Below, piece by piece: positions 56,105 to 64,000 of a stretch of DNA of 64,000 bases (positions within the stretch are counted from its first letter, which is position 1; each line of letters starts with the position of its first letter). The notes under the pieces are model-generated. The model saw nothing but the letters and a program-made list of their open reading frames with translations, did not search any database and was not told the origin of the DNA. The stretch is taken from assembly GCA_963845085.1 (NCBI GenBank), contig CAWJQI010000005.1:160001-224000 (forward strand). Reading direction: 5' to 3'. Both the position numbers and the translations under genes were made by a program. Source of the DNA: Candidatus Fermentibacterota bacterium (GTDB taxonomy: Bacteria; Fermentibacterota; Fermentibacteria; Fermentibacterales; JCC-6).

Positions 56105-56787
56105 AAGAACCTTTCGAACACCGGGGAGAAACTCGAAACTCCGCCCCGGTGGTTCCCTATTGATTCAACAAGCGCCGCAAGCGCCCTGGGTTCGTTCAAG
56201 GGCCTCTCCGCACTTACCACAAGCGTGGGAAGGTGGCTTTCACGAAGGAAAAAGCTGTTGTAGGAGTCAACGAGCTTCTCGACCCAGCCCCTGCTTACAT
56301 CCCTTTCGTAGGGTCTTCCGTTTCTGAACAGCCGCTCCATCAGACAGCCCGGAGATGCCTGAAGGTAGACGACGAGGTCAGGGCCGTCCGCTGCAGGTGC
56401 AAGAGCGCCCGACAGTTTCATGTATAGCTCCATCTCCCGATCGGACAGCGTAGCCCGGGCAAACACCCTGTCCCTCTCGAAACAGAAGTCGCTGACGGTC
56501 AGGCCGTGGAAAAGGTCGGTCCGGTTCAACTCTTCAAGGCGTTCGTACCTTTGAAGAAGGAAGGCTATCTGCGTTTGAAAGGCCCACTTCCCCATATCCC
56601 GGTGGAACAGGGGCAGGAACGGGTTGTCTTCCGGTTTCTCCAGAACAAGCCGCCCGTTCATTCTCTCGGCCAGAAGCGCGGCCAGGGACGACTTTCCCGC
56701 GCCCGGAGGCCCCTCCACCACCAGGATGGCCGGCACCCGGCGGTCAGACAAACCAAAAGCCTTCACATGGTGTAATATGCGATTCAT
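56101..56787 (-). CDS. Deoxynucleoside kinase
   Basis: VEGPPGAGKS, E...NPFL..F, AFQTQ.AFL, D.VFA, PDLVVYL, GRPYE. Confidence 0.9.
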   Translation of the reverse strand: MNRILHHVKAFGLSDRRVPAILVVEGPPGAGKSSLAALLAERMNGRLVLEKPEDNPFLPLFHRDMGKWAFQTQIAFLLQRYERLEELNRTDLFHGLTVSDFCFERDRVFARATLSDREMELYMKLSGALAPAADGPDLVVYLQASPGCLMERLFRNGRPYERDVSRGWVEKLVDSYNSFFLRESHLPTLVVSAERPLNEPRALAALVESIGNHRGGVSSFSPVFERFL

Positions 56788-57259
56788 CAGTGGTTTGTGC
56801 CAGCATTTCCGCGGCGCTAGCACTGCAGCCCGGTACCTGTCCGTCGAAAACCTCGGCGAGCGGCACCAGGACAAAGCGCCTCAGGTGCATCCTGGGATGG
56901 GGGAGAATGAGTTCACTGCTGCTCGAACCTCCCTCGAGGAACAGGATGTCGGCATCGAGATCGCGGGCGCGACCAAGTTTTCGCACGGGCGAACCGCAGA
57001 GCGCCTCGATCTCCCTTGTGACCGCCAGCAGCCCGATGTCCGATCCCAGCCAGCCGCCGACCGCAACGCAGTTGAGGAACGCCCCCCCCTCCACCGCTCC
57101 CCAGGGTGGGGTGCGGTAAACCGACGAGAGCTTCGCTCCCGCGATTCCGGAGGAATCCCTCAGGTAAGCGGCAGCACATCGCAGGCAGTGGGGCGTATTC
57201 TGTGTATTGCCCCCGAGACCGAGACCGAAGAACCTAGCCTTCAACTGTGTACTCGGCAC
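56744..57259 (-). CDS. folK: 2-amino-4-hydroxy-6-hydroxymethyldihydropteridine pyrophosphokinase
   Basis: GLGGN, SSVYRTPPWG, FLN, R.LD.DIL, LPHPRM..R.FVL.PL. Start could be TTG 57244. Confidence 0.92.
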   Translation of the reverse strand: MPSTQLKARFFGLGLGGNTQNTPHCLRCAAAYLRDSSGIAGAKLSSVYRTPPWGAVEGGAFLNCVAVGGWLGSDIGLLAVTREIEALCGSPVRKLGRARDLDADILFLEGGSSSSELILPHPRMHLRRFVLVPLAEVFDGQVPGCSASAAEMLAQTTDESHITPCEGFWFV

Positions 57260-57560
57260 TTTCCATGGAAAGGCATACAGGCGGGAAGGGCTTTTTTACG
57301 GTCACTCTCCATGCTCCGGGCCAGCGCTGCCCAAGCATTTTGACGACGCTCTCCGCGAGCTGCTCAAGATATTCGAAACGCGAGCCCGCCAATACAGCAA
57401 TGCACGAACAGACTTCGCTGTAATCGGCTGCCGGTACTGCCGTGGCCGTGCCCGCAAATGACAGGTCAAGGGTAACGGTCCTCGGGAAAAGCTTTTCCTC
57501 AGGAAGGGCGCCGAGAACCACCGGGAGGGATATGCCCCTCAAAAAAAGGGTTCCCTTCAC
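57234..57560 (-). CDS. folB: Dihydroneopterin aldolase
   Basis: G..PEE, DY, LE.LAE, V.V.KP. GTG 57560 overlaps the upstream stop; precedes folK. Confidence 0.82.
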   Translation of the reverse strand: MKGTLFLRGISLPVVLGALPEEKLFPRTVTLDLSFAGTATAVPAADYSEVCSCIAVLAGSRFEYLEQLAESVVKMLGQRWPGAWRVTVKKPFPPVCLSMESAEYTVEG

Positions 57561-58771
57561 TCTTCCTTCTTCCTGAGCCACTGAAGCAGCCTGTTCCGGT
57601 AGAGCTCCATCTCTTCAAGCCTTCCGACAGCCTGATGGATCCTGGCTTCGGGAACGGTGAGGGCAAAACGGATGAACCCCTCGCCCCACGATCCGAAGCC
57701 GCTTCCGGGTGTCACCATGATGCCGGCACGGTTGACCAGCTTGCCGGCGAAAGCCATGGAGTCCGCCCCACGGGGCAGCCTGACCCAGAGGTAGAATGTG
57801 CCGGGAGAATCGAATACTTCCCAGCCAAGCCTTTCCAGGCCGGCAAGAAGCACTTCTCTTCGACCCCGGTACAGGGACAGCAGATCGGAGATGTGTTCAG
57901 GCGGAAGCGCCATGGCGGTCGCTGCAGCAGCCTGAAGCGCGGTGAACACCCCTGAGTCGATGTTCTCCTTGGCGCCCATGAAAGTCTGGACGAGCCGCTT
58001 CGAACCTGCAAGAAACCCGACGCGCCACCCCGTCATGCTGAAGGTCTTTGAAAGGCTGTGGAATTCCAGCACGACGTCCTGTGCTCCCGGCACCTGAAGG
58101 AACGACAGGGGTGGTGACCCGTCGAAACGTATGTGACTGTACGAATTGTCGCTGACCAGAAGGATGTTGTGCTCGCGGGCAAAACAAACATACTCCTCCA
58201 TCTGCCCTCTTGAGGCCACTGCACCGGTGGGGTTGTTGGGGTAGTTGAGGAAGAGCACCTTGGCCTGTCTGAGCACCTCGCAGGGTATCCTGTCAAGTGC
58301 GGGCATGAAACCGTTCTCCCAGAGGAGCGGGACCTCGACAGGAATCGCGTCCGCCAGAATGGCCGACGCCCTGTAGACGGGATACCCCGGGTTGGGCACC
58401 AGAACGATGTCGCCACGGTTGCAGAAAACCATCGGCACATGGGCGATCCCTTCCTTCGAGCCGATCAGCGCCGCCACCTGAACATCGTCGGAAACACCGA
58501 AATCACGCCTCAGGAACTCCCCGGCGGCTTTGAGGAAGAAGTCGCTGCCCCTGTTCCGAGGGTACCTGTGGAAAGATGGATCGAGCAGAGCCGTGCGCCC
58601 CGCCTCGACGACCGGGGCCGGTGTGGGCGTGTCCGGGTCGCCGATGCCGAAGTCGATGATGTCAAGCCCCCGCTTCATGGCGGCGGCCCTTTTCCTGTCA
58701 AGCTCGGCAAACAGGTACGGAGGAAGCTTGCTGAGCCTTTCCGATGCGCTTATGAGAGCCCTTCTCTCCAA
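57557..58771 (-). CDS. dapL: PLP class I aminotransferase, LL-diaminopimelate aminotransferase-like
   Basis: LPPYLFAELD, GIGDPD, IGSKEGIAH, NYPNNPTG, SLSKTFSMTGWR. AAGGAG RBS plus TTG at 58771. Confidence 0.7.
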   Translation of the reverse strand: MERRALISASERLSKLPPYLFAELDRKRAAAMKRGLDIIDFGIGDPDTPTPAPVVEAGRTALLDPSFHRYPRNRGSDFFLKAAGEFLRRDFGVSDDVQVAALIGSKEGIAHVPMVFCNRGDIVLVPNPGYPVYRASAILADAIPVEVPLLWENGFMPALDRIPCEVLRQAKVLFLNYPNNPTGAVASRGQMEEYVCFAREHNILLVSDNSYSHIRFDGSPPLSFLQVPGAQDVVLEFHSLSKTFSMTGWRVGFLAGSKRLVQTFMGAKENIDSGVFTALQAAAATAMALPPEHISDLLSLYRGRREVLLAGLERLGWEVFDSPGTFYLWVRLPRGADSMAFAGKLVNRAGIMVTPGSGFGSWGEGFIRFALTVPEARIHQAVGRLEEMELYRNRLLQWLRKKEE

Positions 58772-58843
58772 GGCTTCTCCTTTCTTGAATTCGTCGGTAA
58801 TATACAAGGGTCGGATATCCCGCGAACTCCAGGGGGCCATGCT

Positions 58844-61147
58844 TTGATCCTACCGTTCGACCCGAAGACCCGCACCGTAACATGCGCCATCGGAACTCTT
58901 CTCGAGCTGTGTCTGCTGCCTGAAACACTTCGCGGCGGTGACGATCTCATCGACCAGAAGACCCGGATGAAACTCCACAACGAGGCTCAGAGGAGGAAGG
59001 CGGCCGAAACGGGCGGTGCCACCGAGGTAAAGACGCAGATGCGCTCGAGTGTGAACGGCATCCGCTTTGTCCTTTCAGGGAGGGCTGATGTGGCCTCCCC
59101 GGACGGGATATGGGAGGTCAAGACCTGCTCTGCCCTGCGGGAATCACCGATGAAGAGCCACAGGCTTCAGCTCTTCTTCTACATGAAAGCCCTGAAGGCC
59201 ACCGCGGGGACACTCCTTTACGTCGACGTTGAAACGGCCGAGGAACGGGTCCTCCCGCAGGACAGGAAGGTGCTGGCCCGTCTCTGGAAGGAATTCCTTC
59301 GTGATGCCTCCCTGCTCGTACGCGACGAGTGGATGCACCACGAATCACTCAGGGAGAGCCTCGACGGTTTCGCCTTCCCTTTCCCGCACTGGCGTCCGGG
59401 GCAGAAGGAACTGTCGGACTCAACAGGGCTGGCCGTGGAATCATCCCGGGAAACCATGATCCAGGCGCCCACCGGAACCGGCAAGACAGCAGCGATAATC
59501 TTCGGAGCCATTACTCCGGCGGTGAGTTCCTGGAACACGCTCTTCTTCCTTACAGCGAAGAACACGCAGAAGAAGCTGGCCCTTGAAACAGGCGTTCTCT
59601 TCAGAATGAACGGTCTCCCACTGAGGGTTTGCGCACTTTCATCCCGCCAGGCCACCTGCCCTCTGGACAGCGACCGCTGCTCTCCCGAGACATGTCCCCT
59701 CGCCGAGGTCTTCGAGGAGAGGGTGAAGGGCGCCGCCCTGCTGGAAGAGCTGCTCGCGATTGGTGCGATCGGCACCGAAATCCTTGTGGAGAAAAGCCTT
59801 GCGGCAGGCGTGTGCCCGTTTGAAACCGGCCTGTGCCTGGCCCAGCGCTGTGACCTTGTGATCTGCGACTACAACCATGTCTTCGACCCGTCGGCAAGCC
59901 TGAAAAGGTTCTTCGCCATTGAGGAAACCGCTTCAAGGATAGATCTGCTCGTCGACGAGGCAGGCAATCTTCCCGACCGGGTCATGAAGATATGGTCACC
60001 CGAGCTGAGGGCCTCATGGCTTGCAAAAACAGCGGCTTTTGCCGGAAAACAGAAAAACCGGAAGCTGTCGAGACTGGTCCGCCCCTGGAAAAGGCTTGTG
60101 GAGAACGCCGGGGCGTTCGTTCCGGAGAACTCCGCTGACGATGTGGTTCTTCCTTCCGAAACATCGCCCCCGCGAGTAGACACCCTGCGCTGGAGAAAAG
60201 CTCTCGGCACATCACCGGAGCTTCCCCTCGAAACGCTCGAACTCTCACGTGCCGTTGCCCGCTTCTCCCTGGTGGCGGAACGGCTTGACGAGAGGTTCCA
60301 CCTCCTTGCCCGGACTGAGCAGGGCGACACCGTTCTTCAGTGGTTCTGCACTGATCCGGGTGAACTCACGGCCGAAGTCCACAGGCGGTGCAGATCAGTG
60401 ACGGCCTTCAGCGCAACCCTCTCCCCCCCGCCTCACTTCCGCCGGCTGCTCGGTTTCGCCGACGACGCCGGCTGGACCGAGACGGAGTGGCCCTTTCCGC
60501 CTGAAAACCTGAGGGTGTGGATCGATTCGACCGTCGACACCCGCTGGCGGTCAAGAAAGAACGCCACAGTCCATATCGCGAAGAGGGTCGGAAGCGCCTG
60601 GAACAAGACACCGGGCACATGGCTGGTGTGGTTCCCGTCCTTCAGCTGGATGGAGGAGGTCGCTGCACTGCTTGGAGAACTCGAGCCCCTGGTGCAACCC
60701 AGGTCATCGACTCAGGGTGAACGCGAAGTCTTTCTGACAAAAGCCTGCGCGGGGAGACAGCTGGTCATGACGGTGGCCGGCGGTGTGTTCTCGGAAGGGG
60801 TGGACATGAGCTTCCCCGACCTGAGGGGCGGCTTCGTTGCAGGGCCGTCACTTCCGGCTGTGAACACAAGACAGGAGCTTGTCAGGGCAAGGCATGAAAA
60901 GGTGTACGGAGACGGTTTCCTTCATGCATACGTTGTTCCGGGCATGAACAGGGTTATCCAGGCGGCGGGCAGGCTTGTGAGAAACCCGGAACAGAGGGCT
61001 GAACTGATCCTTCTGGGTGGCAGGTTCATTCAAAGCCCATACGTGGAACTTCTTCCTGCACATTGGCTTCCGGCAAGAGTCATCACAAGGGACGGTATCA
61101 GAATGCTGAAGGGGGGAGGTCGAAACCTCCCCCCTGAAACCCGGTGA
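58844..61147 (+). CDS. PD-(D/E)XK nuclease fused to an Fe-S XPD/Rad3/DinG-family helicase
   Basis: GRAD...EVKT and QxxxY; APTGTGKT; Cys cluster CP..C...CP...CPF; DEAGN; FSATL; SEGVD; QAAGRLVR. The real start is probably TTG 58844. Confidence 0.9.
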   Translation: MILPFDPKTRTVTCAIGTLLELCLLPETLRGGDDLIDQKTRMKLHNEAQRRKAAETGGATEVKTQMRSSVNGIRFVLSGRADVASPDGIWEVKTCSALRESPMKSHRLQLFFYMKALKATAGTLLYVDVETAEERVLPQDRKVLARLWKEFLRDASLLVRDEWMHHESLRESLDGFAFPFPHWRPGQKELSDSTGLAVESSRETMIQAPTGTGKTAAIIFGAITPAVSSWNTLFFLTAKNTQKKLALETGVLFRMNGLPLRVCALSSRQATCPLDSDRCSPETCPLAEVFEERVKGAALLEELLAIGAIGTEILVEKSLAAGVCPFETGLCLAQRCDLVICDYNHVFDPSASLKRFFAIEETASRIDLLVDEAGNLPDRVMKIWSPELRASWLAKTAAFAGKQKNRKLSRLVRPWKRLVENAGAFVPENSADDVVLPSETSPPRVDTLRWRKALGTSPELPLETLELSRAVARFSLVAERLDERFHLLARTEQGDTVLQWFCTDPGELTAEVHRRCRSVTAFSATLSPPPHFRRLLGFADDAGWTETEWPFPPENLRVWIDSTVDTRWRSRKNATVHIAKRVGSAWNKTPGTWLVWFPSFSWMEEVAALLGELEPLVQPRSSTQGEREVFLTKACAGRQLVMTVAGGVFSEGVDMSFPDLRGGFVAGPSLPAVNTRQELVRARHEKVYGDGFLHAYVVPGMNRVIQAAGRLVRNPEQRAELILLGGRFIQSPYVELLPAHWLPARVITRDGIRMLKGGGRNLPPETR
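61110..61135. terminator. Hairpin between the convergent helicase and lipoprotein genes
   Basis: AGGGGGGAGGT-CGAA-ACCTCCCCCCT (TTCG loop on the minus strand). Confidence 0.65.
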
Positions 61148-61179
61148 GGAAAAACTACTGGGTGACGGGCTGCTCGCCC

Positions 61180-61407
61180 TCAACCATCCTCAGCGCCTTC
61201 GACGACTTCCTCGACGACCTCTTCACCCTCGACGATTGTCGAATCGGTGACGACTTCCTCGATGACCTCTTCGGTCACGACTTCCTCGACGACCTCGACG
61301 CTGTCGGTGGCAACGGTCTCATCGGTCTCTTCGGTGGCGGGCTCGTCGCAGCCGATGCTGGCGAAAGCCATGAAGACGGTAAGAACGGTTATTACGAGGT
61401 ACTTCAT
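61180..61407 (-). CDS. Small acidic lipoprotein with EEVV repeats
   Basis: AGGAGG RBS, MKY-hydrophobic-SIGC lipobox, mature part almost only E/V/T/D. TTGACA-N18-AATATT upstream (61547-61518). Confidence 0.8.
   Translation of the reverse strand: MKYLVITVLTVFMAFASIGCDEPATEETDETVATDSVEVVEEVVTEEVIEEVVTDSTIVEGEEVVEEVVEGAEDG
61200..61300 (-). repeat. Imperfect coding repeats (GACGACTTCCTCGACGACCTC-like, 3 copies)
   Basis: Three near-identical units encoding EV(V/I)EEVV in the lipoprotein. Confidence 0.7.
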
Positions 61408-61543
61408 TTCCAAATCCTCCTGTAGCAAACTCTGCAAAAGTTTTCCTGATGCTGAGATTTTCAGCTCAGAGATTCGGTCCTGATGTTTTTTGAGCTTTCA
61501 GGGCCTTATGGGAAGGTAATATTCACTCCCGGGAAACCTGATG

Positions 61544-62446
61544 TCAAGGTGTGAGTGCTCTTGCGTAATTACCGAAGTGCACCTTTGCATAACTGTATAA
61601 CACGTCATTTCCAAGGGCTCTGACCAGCTCTCTGCCCAGGGCGTCAGCGGGGGCTCCAGCCCCGGGTGTGAGCCTGACCGGAATATCCCGTGAAAGCCTG
61701 TCAAGTTCCCTCAGGTAGAGCCCCCTTGCGATAACCGAGGCGGCGGCCACGACGGGATCGTCCTCGGCACGGCATCGAAGCATCAGCTCATAGTCGCCCC
61801 TTGGAAGCCATTGCGAAAGCCTTTGCCCGGAACAGAACCTGTCCACCACGACCGTGCCGGCCCGGGTTCTCGCATACAGGTCGGTTATCACCTCACCGTG
61901 GGCCATTGCCTGAATATCGAGGCTGTTCATCCCCCTTCTCTTGAAATCGCTGAAAAGGCTGTTGTATTCCGGCGGCGGCACGATCCGGGAAGCCCAGGCA
62001 AGGTCGCCCATGCCAGTCAGGGTGTCGAGAAGCCTGAGGACACGCTCGTTGGTCAGGGTCTTTGAATCCGCCACTCCGAGTGAGACAAACAGCTTCGCCA
62101 TGCTGTCGTCACAGGCCACGCCGGCAGCCACGAGCGGTCCGAACCAGTCCCCCTTGCCGGCTTCATCCGTTCCTATCCGGAGGCCGGATGCGGGATGGGG
62201 AAGAGGCTTTCCGCCAAGGAGACAGGCAGCCGTGGCCAGCAGTCCGGAGTCGCCGCCGGCGGGAACGAAGGAAAAGCCTTTCTTCGCCGACCAGTAATAG
62301 TTCATCCCGCATGACACACCATCGAGGGAAAGGTTTACCTGAATGCCGTTTACCAGCTTCTTCTCAGACACCGTGGAAATGCCCTTTGCGGCAAGCAGCC
62401 GCCTGGCGAGTGCCGTGCATTCGGGCAACCCTGAACCGAGCGTCAT
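61544..62446 (-). CDS. rnhC: Ribonuclease HIII
   Basis: N-terminal extension, IGTDEAGKGDWFGPLV, GVADSK.L, VVD.F, VAAASVIAR, AKVHF. Confidence 0.9.
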   Translation of the reverse strand: MTLGSGLPECTALARRLLAAKGISTVSEKKLVNGIQVNLSLDGVSCGMNYYWSAKKGFSFVPAGGDSGLLATAACLLGGKPLPHPASGLRIGTDEAGKGDWFGPLVAAGVACDDSMAKLFVSLGVADSKTLTNERVLRLLDTLTGMGDLAWASRIVPPPEYNSLFSDFKRRGMNSLDIQAMAHGEVITDLYARTRAGTVVVDRFCSGQRLSQWLPRGDYELMLRCRAEDDPVVAAASVIARGLYLRELDRLSRDIPVRLTPGAGAPADALGRELVRALGNDVLYSYAKVHFGNYARALTP

Positions 62447-63243
62447 TCGAAGGGGTTTTCTATCTCCAGAATCGTTCCGGCGGTGTAGGATTCAAGCAGG
62501 CAGGAGATCTCACCGATCACCATCGATGCGGTCATGAGAACCGGCATGTGTCTGCTGTCATCCGTGACCCAGATGAATATCTCGCCCTGCTGCTTGAATA
62601 TCCCGTCGCCGCGCAGCTCGGGTTTCAAAAGGACGCACTGGAAGGTTCCGGCGGGAGTTCTGATCGTGTTGCGCTCCAGCACGTTCACCCAGAGCGGGTA
62701 GTTGTCGTTGTCCACGTGCACGTCAATGCTGAACCTGTCGCCCACGCTGAAGGAAAGGGTTCGTGCGTAATAGAAGGCTCCCAGCACATCGAGTGCATGG
62801 GGCGGGATCAGATCCTCCATCTTCTCAGGATCGGTCTCGCCCGGATAAAGGGCAATCCCCTCCTCCTGCTCAAAAAGGGTTTCCTCAGCCCTGCTGTACT
62901 CCCCCTCGCGGATGTCCTTGAAATATCGAAGGGTGTGAAGCTGGACGATGTCGAGGTGGGAACGGTTGACGTCTCTCACCGAGAAGAAATTGTCGAAGAC
63001 AGGGTTGCTGCGCGCCTCGGCAGTGATGTTGTAAGCCAGCAGGCCGTTCATATCCTCGGGGCCCGTGACTGCAAGCGATGCCGTACCGGCCCTCATGATT
63101 CCGTATTGAACGCTGAAGACAAACCTCTCGCCCGGCCCCCAGGAATCGTTCGGGACAAACCTTCTTGTGAACTCGCCCCAGTCCCAGACGGTTTCAGCCT
63201 GGAGCGAGGAAACAACAAGCATGGCGCACAGGATGAACTTCAT
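62443..63243 (-). CDS. DUF3108-domain secreted protein
   Basis: Signal peptide, GE...F...YG...AG, FF.VRD, D...AFYYAR, TPAGTF.C, W.TDD..H.PV. Confidence 0.8.
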   Translation of the reverse strand: MKFILCAMLVVSSLQAETVWDWGEFTRRFVPNDSWGPGERFVFSVQYGIMRAGTASLAVTGPEDMNGLLAYNITAEARSNPVFDNFFSVRDVNRSHLDIVQLHTLRYFKDIREGEYSRAEETLFEQEEGIALYPGETDPEKMEDLIPPHALDVLGAFYYARTLSFSVGDRFSIDVHVDNDNYPLWVNVLERNTIRTPAGTFQCVLLKPELRGDGIFKQQGEIFIWVTDDSRHMPVLMTASMVIGEISCLLESYTAGTILEIENPFE

Positions 63244-64000
63244 TTCTCCGCCTTTCGGATTACGCTACCGGGTGTGATACACACCCCGGCGAGGGCATGT
63301 TCCCATTTCCGCCCAACGGCGGCAAGCGAGAACTCCGTGCAAACATATTCCCTGGCGGCCCTTCCCAGGTACTCCGCAACTTCCGGCTGCTCTGCGAGGT
63401 GGTTCAGCTGGGCGGAAAGCTGAACATGATTGCCCGGCGAATGCAGAAGTCCGGTTACGCCGTCGCGCACAATGTCGCAAAGCCCGTTGGTCGCCGCCGC
63501 AAGCACGGGCAGCCCGGAACTCATCATCTCCAGACCGGCCCTGCTTACAACCTCGCTGCCGAGACTGGTGACAACGCCGATTGAAGCCCTTGCGAGCAGC
63601 GGTCGAACGTCTTCGAGACGGCCGGCAAAAACGATCCTGTCCCGCACCCCGTTCGCCTCAGCATACTCGCCCAGCTCCCCGGCATTCTGCTGGTCATCCC
63701 CGCCCGCTATCACTGCGCTCCAATCCGGCGGCATGCCGGCAATCGCCCTGATAAGTGTCCTGTGCCCCTTGACAGGGCTCAGCCGCCCGAGGGACACAAC
63801 GATCTTCTCCCGGCGCCCGGTGGAAGGTGTGAACCGGCTGGTATCGACGGGAAACGGAACGACCCCGACCGGCCCTGTCCTTCTGCCCTGGTACCCGCGC
63901 GCGACCATGAAAGGCGAGGGGAAGACAACAAGGGAGGTACGGCGGTCGACCAGATCCCAGAGGAACCCACGTGATGCTTTTCGCTGATCGTTCCTCACCC
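63240..64000 (-). CDS. Glycosyltransferase family 4 (partial, 5' end outside the window)
   Basis: PVDT.RF, LGRLSPVKG, FAG...DV, SE...R..LE.M..GLPV, DGVTG. Confidence 0.88.
   Translation of the reverse strand, partial: VRNDQRKASRGFLWDLVDRRTSLVVFPSPFMVARGYQGRRTGPVGVVPFPVDTSRFTPSTGRREKIVVSLGRLSPVKGHRTLIRAIAGMPPDWSAVIAGGDDQQNAGELGEYAEANGVRDRIVFAGRLEDVRPLLARASIGVVTSLGSEVVSRAGLEMMSSGLPVLAAATNGLCDIVRDGVTGLLHSPGNHVQLSAQLNHLAEQPEVAEYLGRAAREYVCTEFSLAAVGRKWEHALAGVCITPGSVIRKAEK

Noticed and set aside
58439..58843. 135-aa N-terminal extension of the helicase ORF
   Set aside because: It overlaps the divergent aminotransferase gene. An SD-like sequence plus TTG at 58844 is the better start. Similar over-extended starts were trimmed for spt, gatD, argS, purM, rsfS, the C26 gene and others.
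61200..61300. Short direct repeats as a CRISPR array near a Cas4-like nuclease
   Set aside because: The repeats are in-frame coding units of a lipoprotein with short irregular spacing. No cas genes are present.
62062..63423. 453-aa plus-strand ORF
   Set aside because: Antisense to rnhC, DUF3108 and the GT4 gene. No motifs.

Overview
A GC-rich, densely coding bacterial chromosome segment with about 65 genes. I saw no tRNA, rRNA, CRISPR array, integrase or transposase. The gene content is consistent with an FCB-superphylum diderm such as Ca. Fermentibacterota: secreted proteases with T9SS-like/FlgD-Ig C-terminal domains, lpt/kds genes and RNase HIII. That placement is inference only. Layout: (1) a leftward operon spt-bCerS-like GNAT-alaS-caspase-like secreted protein-M42 peptidase, divergent from a CerR-like reductase, which together look like a complete three-enzyme bacterial ceramide pathway; (2) an accessory patch with an anion permease, OmpW, AqpZ, a C45 hydrolase and an uncalled 33-aa Lys-rich protein; (3) a zur-znuACB operon with an apparently leaderless zur, a Zur-like box over its start codon, and an appended phosphatase and esterase; (4) a gingipain-like C25 protease; (5) an envelope operon barrel-kdsB-kdsA-second bCerS-like GNAT-kdsC-kdsD-lpxL-lptC-lptA-lptB-rpoN, followed by an archaeal-type gatD; (6) two tandem zincin proteases and a lipoprotein-membrane/TPR-DUF2723 glycosyltransferase operon; (7) a carboxyltransferase plus biotin carrier; (8) a tightly coupled 19-gene housekeeping run from dapL to manC with a truncated GlmU and no panB; (9) a PD-(D/E)XK nuclease-XPD helicase fusion, an acidic repeat lipoprotein, rnhC, DUF3108 and a GT4. 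The best candidate for an undescribed system is the ceramide cluster plus a second ceramide-synthase-like acyltransferase embedded in the Kdo/Lpt operon, which may point to a sphingolipid-related outer-membrane glycolipid route. The second is a bacterial GatD. All family calls come from motif recognition by eye; no database searches were run.
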